DNA from: an uncultured Verrucomicrobiae bacterium
GTDB lineage: Bacteria; Verrucomicrobiota; Verrucomicrobiia; Chthoniobacterales; Chthoniobacteraceae
Assembly (NCBI GenBank): GCA_963769025.1
Contig: CAVYKI010000002.1
Span: 288,001 to 352,000, forward strand
Direction: 5' to 3'
DNA length: 64,000 nucleotides
Both the position numbers and the translations under genes were made by a program. This document shows positions 18,401 to 29,317 of this stretch, piece after piece. The notes beneath the pieces are model-generated. The model searched no databases. It was not told where the DNA came from and saw only the letters and a list, made by a program, of their open reading frames with translations. Within the stretch, counting starts at the first letter, position 1, and the number at the start of each line of letters is the position of its first letter.

Positions 18401-21358
18401 CTGAATGTGACCGTGGCGATCAGCGGCACTGCGACCGCCGGTGTTGACTACGTGGCGATCCCGACGACCGTCACCATCCCGGCTGGAGCTTCCACCGCGC
18501 TGGTGAATCTGACGCCGCTGCAGGACACGGCAATCGAGGCGGTCGAGACCGTGATCCTGACGATCAGCACCGGCTCCGGCTACGTCCGTGCGGCGTCGAG
18601 CGCAGACTACTCGGGGACGGTGAACGTGTATGATGACGACGCGCCCGTCGTCACGGTTGTCGCCACGGACAGCGCGGCATCCGAGGCTGGCAACGATCCG
18701 GGCGCCTTCACCATCACGCGCACCGGCGACACCACTCTCCCGCTCACGGTGAACTACGGACTCACCGGCAGCGCGCTCCACGGCACCGACTACGTGGCGC
18801 TGCCGGGCGTGCTTACCATTCCAGCCGGGAGCGCCGTGGCGACCGTCGTCATCACGCCGATCGAGGACTCCATCGGCGAGCCGGCGCAGACCGCCGTGCT
18901 CCAGCTTCGCAGCGGTCTTGGATACTTGGTCGGCGCGGCATCGAACGCGACCGTCACCATCACCGACAATGGCGACATTCCCTACGCCAGCATCGCCGTC
19001 ACGGCCGGTCCCGCCTTGGAAAGCGGAACCGCGGGCACTTTCCGAATCACCACCACCGGCACCGGGACCGGTAACATCGACGTGAAGTACACCGTCACCG
19101 GCACCGCGACGAATGGCACGGACTACGGTACGCTGAGCGGTACGGTGACCATGGGAAAGAACGCGACAGCCAGCATCACGATCACTCCCATCCAGGATCA
19201 ACTCGAGGAGGGCTACGAGACCATCATCATCACGCTGACTCCCGATCCGGCCTATTCGCTCGCGCTCGACGCATCGGCCACGATGAATTTGCAGGACGAT
19301 GAGGCCCCGCAGGTGAACGTGTCCGGCACGGATGACATATTCACAGAGACGAACGGCAGCCTCGCGAAATTCTTCGTCTCGCGCACGGGATCCGTCACGA
19401 GTGCGCTCACGGTGAACTACACGCTCGGCGGCACGGCCACCGCCGGAGTGGACTACACCGCGCCGAGCGGCAGCGTGACGATCACCGCCGGGACGACCGG
19501 CGCCTACGTGGATATCTCGATGCTCGACGACACGCTCTCCGAAGGCACCGAGACGATCATTTTCAACGTGACGGCCAATCCCGCCTACACGATCGGGATC
19601 GGCTCGGTCACGCGCTATATCACCGATGCGGAGGCGGCTTCCGTGGCGACGCAGGTGCGATTTTCCGCGGGAACTTCCAGCTCTTCGGAGGGCGCCGGCA
19701 CGGTGAGTATTCCCGTCACGCTCAGTGCCGCCTCCGCGGAGACCGTGACGGTCGAATATGTCATCAACGGCGGCACCGCGCTCGGGGCGGGGATCGATTA
19801 CTCGCTTGCTCCCGGTGTCCTCACATTCGCAGCCGGCGTGACATCGCAGGACATCCCTGTGCTCATCAGCGACGACACCCTCAAGGAGGCAAACGAAACG
19901 GTCATTCTCCTGCTCATCAATCCGGCCAGTGCGAGGCTCGGCACGAGTTCGCACACGCTTACGATCACCGACAACGATTCGCCGCCCGGAGTCACCGTCG
20001 GCTTCGCGGGTGCGACCGGCAGCGGCCTGGAATCGCAGTCGCCCGCGCCGCTCGCCGTCTCTCTGAGCACTGCGCAGGCGACCGCTGTCACCGTGGACTA
20101 CGCGGTGACCGGCGGCACGGCGACCGATGGCGCCGACTACGCCATCAGCAATGGCACGCTGACCTTCGCCGCCGGCGAGACGGTGAAAGTGATCCCCAAC
20201 ACCATCACCAACGATCTCACCCAGGAGCCGAACGAGACGATCATCCTCACGCTCAGCAATCCCGTCGGCGCGGCGCTCAGTCCGAATCCCATGTTCACTT
20301 ACACGATCATCGACGACGACGCGACGACGGTGACGATCTCCGCGACCGATCCGGCCGCAGCCGAGCCCGGCTCGGACACCGGCACTTTCACGATCGCCCG
20401 CACCGGCTCCACGGCGTCGGCGCTCACCGTGAATCTCGCGATCACCGGAACCGCGACGAGCGGGGCCGACTACGTCAACATCAGCGACACCGTGGTCATT
20501 CCCGCTGGCGCCGCGAACGTGGCGGTGCCGGTCATCGCCGTGGATGACACGGTCGGGGAGCCGGTCGAAACCGTGATCGCGACCTTGGTCCCGGGCGTTT
20601 ACACGATCGGCTCGCCGGCCAGTGCCACCGTGAATGTTCTTGATGATGAACCGCTCGTGTCCGTCATCGCATCCACGCCCGGCGCTGTGGAGCCGAACAC
20701 GCCCGGCGCATTCACCGTCACCCGCACCGGCGCGACGACGCGGGCGCTGAGCGTGGTGCTGGACGTTTCCGGCACCGCGACGCCCGGCGCGGACTACACG
20801 GCATTGCCTGCAAGCGTGGTGATCCCGTCCGGTGCCGCATCCATCGGGATTCAGGTCGCGCCGCTTCCCGATTCGCTGGCCGAGGGCAGCGAGACCGTGG
20901 TGCTCACGATCGCTCCCGCGAATGATTATTGGCCGGGCACGCCGGCTTCGGCCACGGTCACGATTGCGGATCTGCCGATTCAGGCGTGGCGCATGGCGAA
21001 ATTTGGGGCAAACGCGAACAACCCGGCCATCGCCGGCGATTTTGTGGATCCCGACCACGACGGGCTCGTGAATCTCCTCGAATACGGTTTCAATACAAAC
21101 CCGCTCGCATGGAACGAGGGCCCGACACTGGCGGAGGACGGCAGCGATTGCATCGTGACCTACCGTCGCAACCTCGCAGCGACCGATGTCATGCTCAGCG
21201 TGCTTGCCAGCGACGATTTCGCCACGTGGGGCGATGCGGGTGCGACCGGGCAGCTTATTTCCGATGACGGAATGACCCAGGTGATCGCTGCCAGGGTCCT
21301 GCGCCCGGTAGGCGTGCCATATTTCCTCCGGGTGGGTGTCCAATACGTGGCTCCGTAG
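15443..21358 (+). CDS. Giant exported metzincin metallopeptidase (M11-like) with PKD, carboxypeptidase-regulatory-like and multiple Calx-beta domains
   Basis: N-terminal signal/anchor; HEYGHNFGLWH and Met-turn DTMG; PKD LSYAWDFGD; repeated FTITRTG...GTATxGxDY...ExxETVILTL; C-terminal DPDHDGLVNLLEYGFNTNP...FLRV. Confidence 0.88.
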   Translation: MKRHALFACATAVVAMVAVAIWFMSRGEIADPKRWAEGPAAAVAVPADAVQRAALPPAPEANAARAAGVKGPASAIDAFNEWAARYLAAGATERARLVDEGLTLANARRSELRDIIVQDPRRAIENAVPPVVRQQLPPVVAQRLEERVNEAAFFGVMGVLPSAENPDVPPYRREVRMRDGGYYRAFVYGERLTQQTTESTSIVGVAVDDLMAVDERRLRTVASGEIPNHPNNLTRERTVAKTDAQGFSLGRQITTAPAPPRDTVETCPISGLSTVVPKADDGGFAPVGSEQIVVEAGGKFHFLCTGGHIHAFEEELIAREGGNGGPTQPTSPPTATQSTGYKSHLLMRIAFPEALKGSVTEKEGHDLGKNVQDWLLDSSYGAMTFATTVTPLLILPRTEAWYKEQDTGGNAYEVLTDARAAAKAAGFDPANFNFDTVIYTGSPGGFSGQAYVGSKGCWLKSGTNTGVACHEYGHNFGLWHANFWSTTNGSVIGGGTHSEYGDSFDTMGTASAGDLQFNACHKNILNWIPTTLVNDATTSGTYRIYQMDQPRQDPRLRYALKIRKDSDRDYWVDLRQRFTSNAWVQGGVFLHWSAWLPSKSGTHLLDTTPGSPDAKNDAPLPIGRTFSDVESGVHITPIAKNTTTSPTSVDVVVNLGTFAGNSVPVVGVGASATSVATSTNVTFTATATDADGDVLSYAWDFGDKGFSTTNSPVVTKSWATAGEYRVRCTASDLKGGTASASVIVTVGSPGTFRIAGTVTSAGQPLKDVRVYNGLSGTNYREAYTDSNGTYTLVGLAAGTYNVDAKIYGYAFGQEATTITVGPSKSGVDFTADPRAMVSIAVQDADCSEGANTGSFRITRTGSTAAALTVQLYLPTGSATKGSDYTLAPDVVAVSPYQTLTIPAGQPFLDVVVTAAIDASVESFERVTLELAPSASYVLGNATSTIWITDSNTANPLVRMRVTKRDAAEGGTGGQFLIERIGPTTNALNVTVAISGTATAGVDYVAIPTTVTIPAGASTALVNLTPLQDTAIEAVETVILTISTGSGYVRAASSADYSGTVNVYDDDAPVVTVVATDSAASEAGNDPGAFTITRTGDTTLPLTVNYGLTGSALHGTDYVALPGVLTIPAGSAVATVVITPIEDSIGEPAQTAVLQLRSGLGYLVGAASNATVTITDNGDIPYASIAVTAGPALESGTAGTFRITTTGTGTGNIDVKYTVTGTATNGTDYGTLSGTVTMGKNATASITITPIQDQLEEGYETIIITLTPDPAYSLALDASATMNLQDDEAPQVNVSGTDDIFTETNGSLAKFFVSRTGSVTSALTVNYTLGGTATAGVDYTAPSGSVTITAGTTGAYVDISMLDDTLSEGTETIIFNVTANPAYTIGIGSVTRYITDAEAASVATQVRFSAGTSSSSEGAGTVSIPVTLSAASAETVTVEYVINGGTALGAGIDYSLAPGVLTFAAGVTSQDIPVLISDDTLKEANETVILLLINPASARLGTSSHTLTITDNDSPPGVTVGFAGATGSGLESQSPAPLAVSLSTAQATAVTVDYAVTGGTATDGADYAISNGTLTFAAGETVKVIPNTITNDLTQEPNETIILTLSNPVGAALSPNPMFTYTIIDDDATTVTISATDPAAAEPGSDTGTFTIARTGSTASALTVNLAITGTATSGADYVNISDTVVIPAGAANVAVPVIAVDDTVGEPVETVIATLVPGVYTIGSPASATVNVLDDEPLVSVIASTPGAVEPNTPGAFTVTRTGATTRALSVVLDVSGTATPGADYTALPASVVIPSGAASIGIQVAPLPDSLAEGSETVVLTIAPANDYWPGTPASATVTIADLPIQAWRMAKFGANANNPAIAGDFVDPDHDGLVNLLEYGFNTNPLAWNEGPTLAEDGSDCIVTYRRNLAATDVMLSVLASDDFATWGDAGATGQLISDDGMTQVIAARVLRPVGVPYFLRVGVQYVAP

Positions 21359-21463
21359 ATCGGAAAACCGTTTTGCACGTCGCGGGTTTCGCCGGTCGCT
21401 GCGTGCGGTGCCGGTGGCGAATTGCGAATGGTGGAAAAGCCAGCCGCGTGTTTTTCTCCGCGC

Positions 21464-21826
21464 ATGAATTCACAGGCCGCTCTCCGTATTTCCGCCATCG
21501 TCGGTTTTCTCGCCGTCGCGCTCGGCGCATTCGGTGCGCACGGCTTGCACGACATTCTGGAGAAAAATGCACGCCTCGCGACATGGGAGACCGCCGTGCT
21601 CTATCACCTCACGCATGCCGTGGTGATGCTCGTCATCGCCGCGCTTCGCCCGTTGCGAAGCGCGGCATGGTGGTTCATGCTTGCGGGCGTCGTGATTTTC
21701 AGCGGCACGCTTTACACGCTCGCGCTGACGAATGTGAAATGGCTCGGCGCCATCACGCCGCTCGGCGGGGTGTGTCTGCTCGGCGGCTGGCTCGCGCTGG
21801 CTTTCGGAAAATCGCGGGCGGAGTGA
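21464..21826 (+). CDS. DUF423 (YgdD/TMEM256) membrane protein
   Basis: AVALGAFGAHGL, WETAVLYHLTHA, IFSGTLY, LGAITPLGG. Confidence 0.92.
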   Translation: MNSQAALRISAIVGFLAVALGAFGAHGLHDILEKNARLATWETAVLYHLTHAVVMLVIAALRPLRSAAWWFMLAGVVIFSGTLYTLALTNVKWLGAITPLGGVCLLGGWLALAFGKSRAE

Positions 21827-21878
21827 GGCGCGATGGCACGACGGGCCGCGGCCCCGGCCCCCGCGTGGACATGGCGGC

Positions 21879-23189
21879 CTACTTGGCTTCCTTTTCGATC
21901 TCGAAGTGCCACGCGACCGGCGCACAGGCGGTGCGGAGTTCGGCGTCGGCGTTGTCCACGGCCTTCTGCGCGGCGGCGAGTTTTTCGGCGTCCTTCTCCT
22001 TGCTCGCGGAGCGCCATGTGTTGTTCAGTCCGCCTTGGAGATTGCCGATGGCGGCGAGGATCTTGGTGGAGCGTTCGGCGATCGCGCCATCGAAGGCGGA
22101 GGTGATGTTCCAGCCGGCGGCGAGTTCGGCGGCTTCGACCGTGGCGGCGGGTTTGCCGTTGATGCTCACGCGATATTTGCCTGCGGCGAGGCCGTTCACC
22201 TGGAGCATGTAGCGCGAGAGCTCAAGCGCAGACGGGAGCAGTTGCACGGCGGTCTTTGCAGCAGGCAAAATCGGCCATGGGCTGGATTCATCGGTCCGGG
22301 TGAAGCTCAGCTTGCCGTCCTTGGCAGTGGCATCGGTGATCTTGCAATGCTTCGCCGCGACCACGCTGCCGTCGGCCTTCAGTGTCGCGCTGCTCACTTC
22401 CTTTTCCGCGCCGAGGCTGGCGAGGATCGTCGCGGCCATCGTGTACTGTCCGACCGGGCCGGGATGCACGGGGTCGCCGCCGAGCGGGAGCAGCGAAGGG
22501 GGAATCGGCGCTGCAGCGGGCTTCGCGGGTTTCGCCGGATCCACCGCCGGTGCCGGCGCGGGTTTTGGCGGCCACGTGCCTTTCTTCACGGCCTCGGCTT
22601 CGCCCTTGGCGCGGTTGTCTCCCCACAGATCGATGAGCGGGTGATACTGATCGACGAAGACGACCTTCTCCTCCTCGGCGAGTTTCTTGAGGGCGACGGT
22701 GTACGGATCGATCCGGCGGCAGCGGTCGGATTTCCACGCGCCCATCTTGCTGCCGTCATCCACGGGGCTCGAGGAGATGAGCACCGGCTGCGCGGGGATG
22801 GCTCGGATCTTTGCGATGAGGTCGCGCATGCCCTTGATGTACTTGGCGGGATCGTCGCCGGCCCCCACGTCATTCATGCCGAGTTCGATGCTCACGATCG
22901 TGGGCTTCCACGCCGCCACATCGTAGTCGAAACGCGCGAGCACGCTGCCGGTCGTGTTGCCGCCGATGCCTGAGTTGCGGAAGCGCAGGTTCATTTTCGG
23001 AAAGCGCGTGCGGTAGTACGCCTCGATGTAGTTCGTGTGCTGCCGCTGCGCGGTGATGCTGTCGCCGGCCATCACCCACACGTCGTTTTCCTTGAGCGTG
23101 AGCTTGGGTTCGGCGGCGCACATCGGCGAGACGAGCGCGAAAAACGAGGTGGCGGCGATGAGGGCGCGGAGAGGGCGGGGGATTTTCAT
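21879..23189 (-). CDS. Secreted SGNH/GDSL hydrolase
   Basis: Signal peptide; MAGDSIT; NSGIGG; LGMND; DPVHP. Confidence 0.88.
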   Translation of the reverse strand: MKIPRPLRALIAATSFFALVSPMCAAEPKLTLKENDVWVMAGDSITAQRQHTNYIEAYYRTRFPKMNLRFRNSGIGGNTTGSVLARFDYDVAAWKPTIVSIELGMNDVGAGDDPAKYIKGMRDLIAKIRAIPAQPVLISSSPVDDGSKMGAWKSDRCRRIDPYTVALKKLAEEEKVVFVDQYHPLIDLWGDNRAKGEAEAVKKGTWPPKPAPAPAVDPAKPAKPAAAPIPPSLLPLGGDPVHPGPVGQYTMAATILASLGAEKEVSSATLKADGSVVAAKHCKITDATAKDGKLSFTRTDESSPWPILPAAKTAVQLLPSALELSRYMLQVNGLAAGKYRVSINGKPAATVEAAELAAGWNITSAFDGAIAERSTKILAAIGNLQGGLNNTWRSASKEKDAEKLAAAQKAVDNADAELRTACAPVAWHFEIEKEAK

Positions 23190-23294
23190 GGGATGAATGG
23201 ACGGCGATGGAAGCCGCGAACGGCTGCAGATGTCGAGCGAGTACGGGCGACGGACCAAAGCCTCGCCGCCGGAAGCACGAATGCGCCGCGCGCG

Positions 23295-24029
23295 CTATCC
23301 CGCGCGGAACTGTGTTGGTGTGACGCTGGTCACGGCGCGGAAGGCGCGGGTGAATGCGCTGTGATCGTAGAATCCGCACGCGAGCGCGATCTCCGCGACG
23401 GGGCGATCCGTCTCCCTCAGGAGCCGCGACGCGGCGGCGATGCGTGTCTTTGCAATGAGTTGGATCGGGGTGACGCCGAAGATGCGCTTGATCAGCCGCG
23501 CAAATCTCGCCGCCGGGAGCTTGGCGATGCGGGCGAGGCTGGATGGTGTGAGTGGTTCGGAGTAGCCGGTCTCCAACCGTGCAAGTGCGGCGGCGACCCC
23601 GGCGGGAATTTCCTGCGGCGCGACCGGTGAGCGTACGTCCTGCGAGATGCCGATGATGCCGATCACCGCGCCTGAGGCGTCGCGCATCGGCAATTTGGTC
23701 GTGAGACACCACACGGGCTTGTGCGGCGAATACCACTGGAGTTCCAGACGTTCGACGATCGGGCGCCCGGTTCGCAGCACAAAGGCATCCTGCTCGGTCG
23801 GGATACGTCCGAATTCGCCGGGGCACACATCGCACGGGCGGCGGCCGAGCATCTGCGATTTGTTCTGCAATCCGTGGCGTTCGAGCAGCGAATGATTCAC
23901 CGCGACGTAGCGGCCGGCGGCGTCCTTGATGAAAAAAGCGATGTCCGGCGTGTGGTCGAAGAGTTGTTCCAGCAGCGCCATGTCCACGCCTGCGGTGGAG
24001 CGAAGGTCGGAGGTTGTGCTGAGTTTCAT
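23295..24029 (-). CDS. PAS-domain AraC-family transcriptional regulator
   Basis: FFIKDAAGRYVAVN (PAS-like); AraC HTH IALACGFYDHSAFTRAFRAVTSVTPTQFR; divergent from the 24-35 kb gene run. Confidence 0.92.
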   Translation of the reverse strand: MKLSTTSDLRSTAGVDMALLEQLFDHTPDIAFFIKDAAGRYVAVNHSLLERHGLQNKSQMLGRRPCDVCPGEFGRIPTEQDAFVLRTGRPIVERLELQWYSPHKPVWCLTTKLPMRDASGAVIGIIGISQDVRSPVAPQEIPAGVAAALARLETGYSEPLTPSSLARIAKLPAARFARLIKRIFGVTPIQLIAKTRIAAASRLLRETDRPVAEIALACGFYDHSAFTRAFRAVTSVTPTQFRAG

Positions 24030-24143
24030 GCCGGGGTGAGTTTCCCCGCCAAGACGGGGCTGGGGGAATGGGTAGGCTTCCTGTGAAATCGAGTCAACCG
24101 GCCCCTGCTGCAAACCCTCCGAATGCGAACCAAGCTCAAAAAA

Positions 24144-25280
24144 ATGAACACTGAATCCTACACGATCGGGAACGGGATTTTTCCCGCGAAGACGCAAAAC
24201 CGAACCGGAACCGTGGCGACTCTCGTCTCGCTGGCGATCGCATACTTGGTCTGCGGCGTGTCTGCGGCGGAGAAGGCTGCTGCCGATCCGAAGCATCAGC
24301 TCCCGAAGCCCGACGGAAAGGCGGCCGACATGAGCAAACCGGTGAAAGTCTTCATCCTGCTGGGGCAATCGAATATGGTGGGCGCGGGCAAGGTCGCCGG
24401 TCAGGACGGCTCGCTGGAATATGCGGTGAAGGAGAAGAAAAAGTATCCTTACCTCGTGGACGACGCCGGCAATTGGACTGAGCGGAAGGATGTCCGCAAT
24501 GTGCGCGTGATGGGGAGCGGAACCGGGGCGATGAAGGGGTTCAACAACGAGTGGATGACCGTGAAAGGCAAGACCATCGGCCCGGAACTCGGCATCGGGC
24601 ATCAAGTGGGCCATGCCGTGGATGCACCGGTGATGATCCTGAAGAGCTGCATCGGCAATCGCAGTCTCGGCTGGGATCTGCTGCCTCCGGGGAGCGAGGG
24701 CTTTGAGTTCGAGGACAAGGGCAAGACGTGGCAATACGCCGCCTACAAGCAATCGCCCATGCGCTGGGAAAAGGGCACCGAGCCGGTCGCTATCGGCTGG
24801 TATGCCGGGATGCAATACGACGGGGATATCGCCAATGCGAAGAAGGTCCTCTCGGAACTGGAGACGTATTACCCCGGCGCGAAGGGCTACGAGATCGCGG
24901 GCTTCTTTTTCTGGCAGGGTGACAAGGACCGCTACGACGCCGGCCTCGCCAGCCGGTATGAGAAAAACCTCGTTCGCTTCATCGAGCAGTTGCGGAAAGA
25001 TTTTGATGCGCCGAACGCGAAATTCGTCTGCGCCACACTCGGACAGACGGAGAAAGGCGGCACTGGCAACGACGGGCTGATTTTCGATGCGCAGATGGCG
25101 GTGGATGGCGAGAAGGGCAAATACCAGCAGTTCAAAGGCAACGTCGCTACGGTTTACACCCATCCCTTGTCCCTCGGCGGCGCGTCGAACAGTCATTACA
25201 ACGGCAACGCTGAAACCTACATGAACGTCGGCGAAGCCATGGGTCAGGCGATGGTGAAGCTGCTCAACGCAGGGAAATAA
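24144..25280 (+). CDS. SASA-domain (sialate O-acetylesterase-like) protein
   Basis: KVFILLGQSNMVG; IGPELG; GFFFWQGDKD; SHY. Start uncertain (24123 or 24144). Confidence 0.82.
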   Translation: MNTESYTIGNGIFPAKTQNRTGTVATLVSLAIAYLVCGVSAAEKAAADPKHQLPKPDGKAADMSKPVKVFILLGQSNMVGAGKVAGQDGSLEYAVKEKKKYPYLVDDAGNWTERKDVRNVRVMGSGTGAMKGFNNEWMTVKGKTIGPELGIGHQVGHAVDAPVMILKSCIGNRSLGWDLLPPGSEGFEFEDKGKTWQYAAYKQSPMRWEKGTEPVAIGWYAGMQYDGDIANAKKVLSELETYYPGAKGYEIAGFFFWQGDKDRYDAGLASRYEKNLVRFIEQLRKDFDAPNAKFVCATLGQTEKGGTGNDGLIFDAQMAVDGEKGKYQQFKGNVATVYTHPLSLGGASNSHYNGNAETYMNVGEAMGQAMVKLLNAGK

Positions 25281-27803
25281 TGCGGCCCGCCTCCAGCGCT
25301 GTCCTGGTTGGCCTGATCGGCGCGGTATGCATGGCCGCGTCGGCATCGGCTGGCGACGACGTTTTGATCAACGGCCGAGTGAAGCCGCTGCTGGAGACCT
25401 ATTGTATTTCCTGCCACGAGGACGGGACGGCGAAGGGCGATGTGCGGTTCGATCATCTCGCCGAGCTGCCGCTGAATGCGCGGCTGGATTTGATGAACCG
25501 GATGCTCGAGCAGGTGTATCTCAAGCAGATGCCGCCGCCGAAAAAGACCCAGCCGTCGGACGCGGAGCGAAAGCAACTGGCGTCGTGGATCTGGCAGGAG
25601 CTGCGCAAACACAACGCCTCAAAACTCGAGGACAAGCTGCGCTATCCGTCTTACGGAAACTTCGTGGATCACGCGGCGCTTTTCAGCGGCGCGGTGAAAG
25701 AGAAGCCGTTCACGCCTGCGCGGCGCTGGCTCGTGAGCCCGAGTATTTTCAACGAGCGGGTGGCGGATGTGTTCAAGCTGGAGGGCCGGGAGCGCGAAGG
25801 GGCGAAGCGCGGCTTTTACGGCGTCACCAATCCATTCGTGCTGCCGGAGCACCCGGGCGTCCGCGACTACGACCTCGCCACGCTGGATGGCGGACATCTG
25901 CTCGTGATGCTGACGAATGCGCAGTGGATCGCCAGCAAGCAGATCCAGGCGGCGCGGATGAAGAGCGGCGATTTCAAGGCCGAGGAGAACGCGAATCCGA
26001 AAGACAAATGGTTTCCGAAGATCACGCCCGCGGCGTTTGAGACGGTCATCGTCAGCAAGACGCAGCCGTCGGACAGCGACCTCGTCGCGGCGATCCAGAC
26101 GCAGTTCGACTGTGTGCTCCAGCGGCCGGCGAGCGAAAACGAATTGGCGAAGTATCTCGAACTCACGCGCTCCGCGATCGCCCTCGGCGGCAATGTTGAG
26201 GGACTGCGGCAGATGCTCGTCACGGTGCTGCTCGAGTCGGAATTTCTCTACCGGCTGGAGTTTGGCGCGGGGGCGAAGGACGCCGCCGGCCGGCAGATGC
26301 TCTCGCCCCGCGAAGGCAGCTACGCGATTTCCTACGCGCTCGGCGATCGCGGGCCCGGATGCGAAGTTGCGCGAGGCTGCCGCGAGCGGACGGCTCAACA
26401 CGAAGGCGGACTACGAGCGCGAGGTCACGCGCCTGCTCGCCGACCAGACGTATTTCCACGGCGAGATTGACCCGACTCTGAGCGGCAAAAACTTGAAAGC
26501 CCACGAGACCTCGCACCCGCGGATCGTGCGCTTCTTCCGCGAATTCTTCGGGTATCCCAATGCGACCAAAGTGTTCAAAGACTCGGAGCGGGTCGCGGGC
26601 ATTTATCAAAACCCCGACCGCGGCACCGCAGGGTCGCCCGGGTTCGTGATTGACGAGGCCGACCGCGTGGTGGAGCACATCGTGCGAAAGGACCGGAACG
26701 TTTTCGAGAGCCTGCTCACCACGGACGAGTTCTTCGTTTACCACAACAAGGACAACGAAACCGGGCGCAAGGTGATCACCGAGTGGCGCGAGGTGTGGGA
26801 GAAGCTCAAGGACACGCCGTGGAAGACCGATCCGGAAAAGGTCCTCGCCGAGCACGCGGATTTTTTGAAAGCGCGGAAGTCGGTGCAGCTCCCGGCCGGC
26901 GGGCATCAACGGCGCGACTTCCTGTGGCTGATGCATTTTTTCAACGACTCCTTCGCGAAGGGGCGCACGCCGTTCACGACCATCTCGACGGCGCACGGCT
27001 ACTATCTCAATCACTCGCCGCTCTACAGCCTGCCACCGACGCCGCTGCGCGGGCGCTACCTCGGCACGGAGAGCCCGAAACCGAAGCAACTGGATGACGC
27101 GGAGTTTTGGGATTACCCGGTCGAGCAGCCGTTCAAGATCGCGAATCGCAAGGGCATCCTCACGCATCCCGCGTGGCTCATCGCCTTCTCGCCAAAATGC
27201 CGAGACCGACCCGGTGCGGCGCGGCCGGTGGATTCGCGAGAAGCTGCTCGCCGGCCGCGTGCCCGACGTGCCGATCACCGTGGACGCGCAGATTCCCGAG
27301 GACCCGCACAAGACGCTGCGCCAGCGGCTCGATCTCGGTCACCAACAAGCAGGAATGCTGGAAGTGCCATCAGCACATGAATCCGCTCGGGCTCGCGTTC
27401 GAGGTGTATGACGACTTCGGGCGCTTCCGCGTGCAGGAGGCCTGGAGCATGAGGAGAACATCATCACCAGAAGGGCAACGGCAAGGACTCGGCGAACACT
27501 TACAAGACGCTTCCGGTCAACACGACCGGCCGCCTCGACGGCACGGGCGATCCCGCGCTGGACGGCGATGTGAAAGACGCGATGGACATGATCGGCCGGT
27601 TCGCGAAATCAGCGCGCGCGCGGCAGTCCATCATCCGGCACGCGTTCCGATTTTACATGGGGCGAAACGAGATGCTGTCCGACTCGCAGACGCTGATCGA
27701 CGCCGACAACGCCTACGTGAAAAGCGGCGGCAGCTTCAAAGCCGTGATCGTCTCCCTGCTGACCTCCGACTCCTTTCTCTACCGCAAACCGAACATCCAA
27801 TAA
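25280..27803 (+). CDS. Planctomycete-type cytochrome c protein (DUF1588/DUF1585 family); frameshifts near 26356, 27191, 27333 and 27440-27500
   Basis: CISCH...MPP; LLESEFLYR; RKGILTHPAWL; DPVRRGRWIREKLL; CWKCHQHMNPLG; LLTSDSFLYR, spread over successive frames. Confidence 0.82.
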
Positions 27804-27805
27804 TC

Positions 27806-29213
27806 ATGCACACTCGACGCGACTTCCTGAAAACGTCCCTGCTCAGCGCCGGCGCGCTGGCGCTCGGTTCGCGCGACCTGCTCGCCAACGCCGCGGCCGG
27901 CAAGCCGCCGATGCGTTTCATTTTCATGCACAAGGGCAACGGCCTTTTCCCAAAGGTGATGGTGCCGCCGACGCTCACCGAGCAGGAGCTGGAGAAAGGA
28001 GAAGCGCGGCGAGGCCTTCCAGACCGACCTCCGCAATCACGACCTGCCCGAGTGGATGAGCGCGCTCAACGAGCACAAGGACCACATGACCATCCTGCAG
28101 GGGCTCTCCGGCAAGATGTGCACGACCGGCCATCACACGTGGCAGTCGTCGCTCGGCGTCTACAAGGCGAACGAACGACTCAGCTCCATCAAGTGGGCGA
28201 CCGTGGATTTCGAGCTGGCGCGGCTGTTCCCGTCGCCGTTCGAGCACATCGAGCTCGCCTGCTTCCCCATCGGCGGCGGCAACGCGCGCGGCAACATCAA
28301 CGGCATCGAAAAAGGCTTCTCCGCCCGCGGCCCGCAGCAGCCGAACTACGCGTTCGGCTCGCCGAAAGTCGCCATGCAGGAGCTCTTCAAATCGGTGTCC
28401 AGCAACAAGTCCGACCAGGTCAAATACGAGCTTGAGCGCAAGGTGCTGGAGTTCGCCGCGGGCAAACAAGCGAGCCTCTCGCAGACACCTCGCGGGCATC
28501 GAGAAGGCGAAGGTCGGCAACTACGCCGAATCCATCGAGGCCATCCGCCACGCGCAACATGAAGGTGGACGCGATGGGCGACATCATCCGGCGCCACGTG
28601 CCGAAGCTGGACGCGAAGTATTTCGCCGAGGACCTCACCACCATTGACCGCCAGATCGGCCACACGGAGATCCTGCTCGCGACGCTGATTTCCGGGATGA
28701 CGAACGTCGTCACGTTCACCGTGGACGAACTCGGCACGCTCTACACCGGGCATCAACGACATCGAAAAGGAGACCGTGAACCTGCACGACGTCGGCCATG
28801 GCAAACCCGTCGGTCAGTTCCAGGCCGAGGAGGTCCGCGAAAAACTCCGCACGCATCACATGGCGCTGATCGATACGATCGTGAAGCGGCTGAAGTCCGT
28901 GCCCGAGGGCAGCGGCACGATGTTCGACAACACGATGCTCTTTTACTTCCCGGACAACGGCGAAACCCACCACAGCCACGGCACGGAGTGGCCGTTCATC
29001 GTCATGGCCGGGCGCAACGCGAAGCTGAACATCGCCGGCCGCTACATCCGCCTGCCCGCGCACGGCAAAGACGGCCACAAGACGCTCGGCAACTGGTACA
29101 CGACCATCCTCAACGCCTACGGCAACCCGATCAAACACTACGGCGATTTCGACGTGGAACTGACCAGCCGCGGCATGGATCAGAGCGGGCCGATCAAGGC
29201 ATTCCTCGGATAG
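27806..29213 (+). CDS. DUF1552 (HXXSHH-family) Tat-exported protein; frameshifts near 27995, 28488, 28553, 28748
   Basis: MHTRRDFLK Tat motif; MRFIFMHKGNG; NLHDVGH; LKSVPEGSGTMFDNT; GETHHS. Lies directly after the DUF1588 gene, its usual partner. Confidence 0.82.
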
Positions 29214-29317
29214 CGCGGTGTCGCAGACAACCGGCGACCACGGCTCAATCTCGAAAACGCAGCTCAAATTTTACGCGTTCCTAGCCTTCCTGAATCAACA
29301 ATCAACCGAACGAACCT

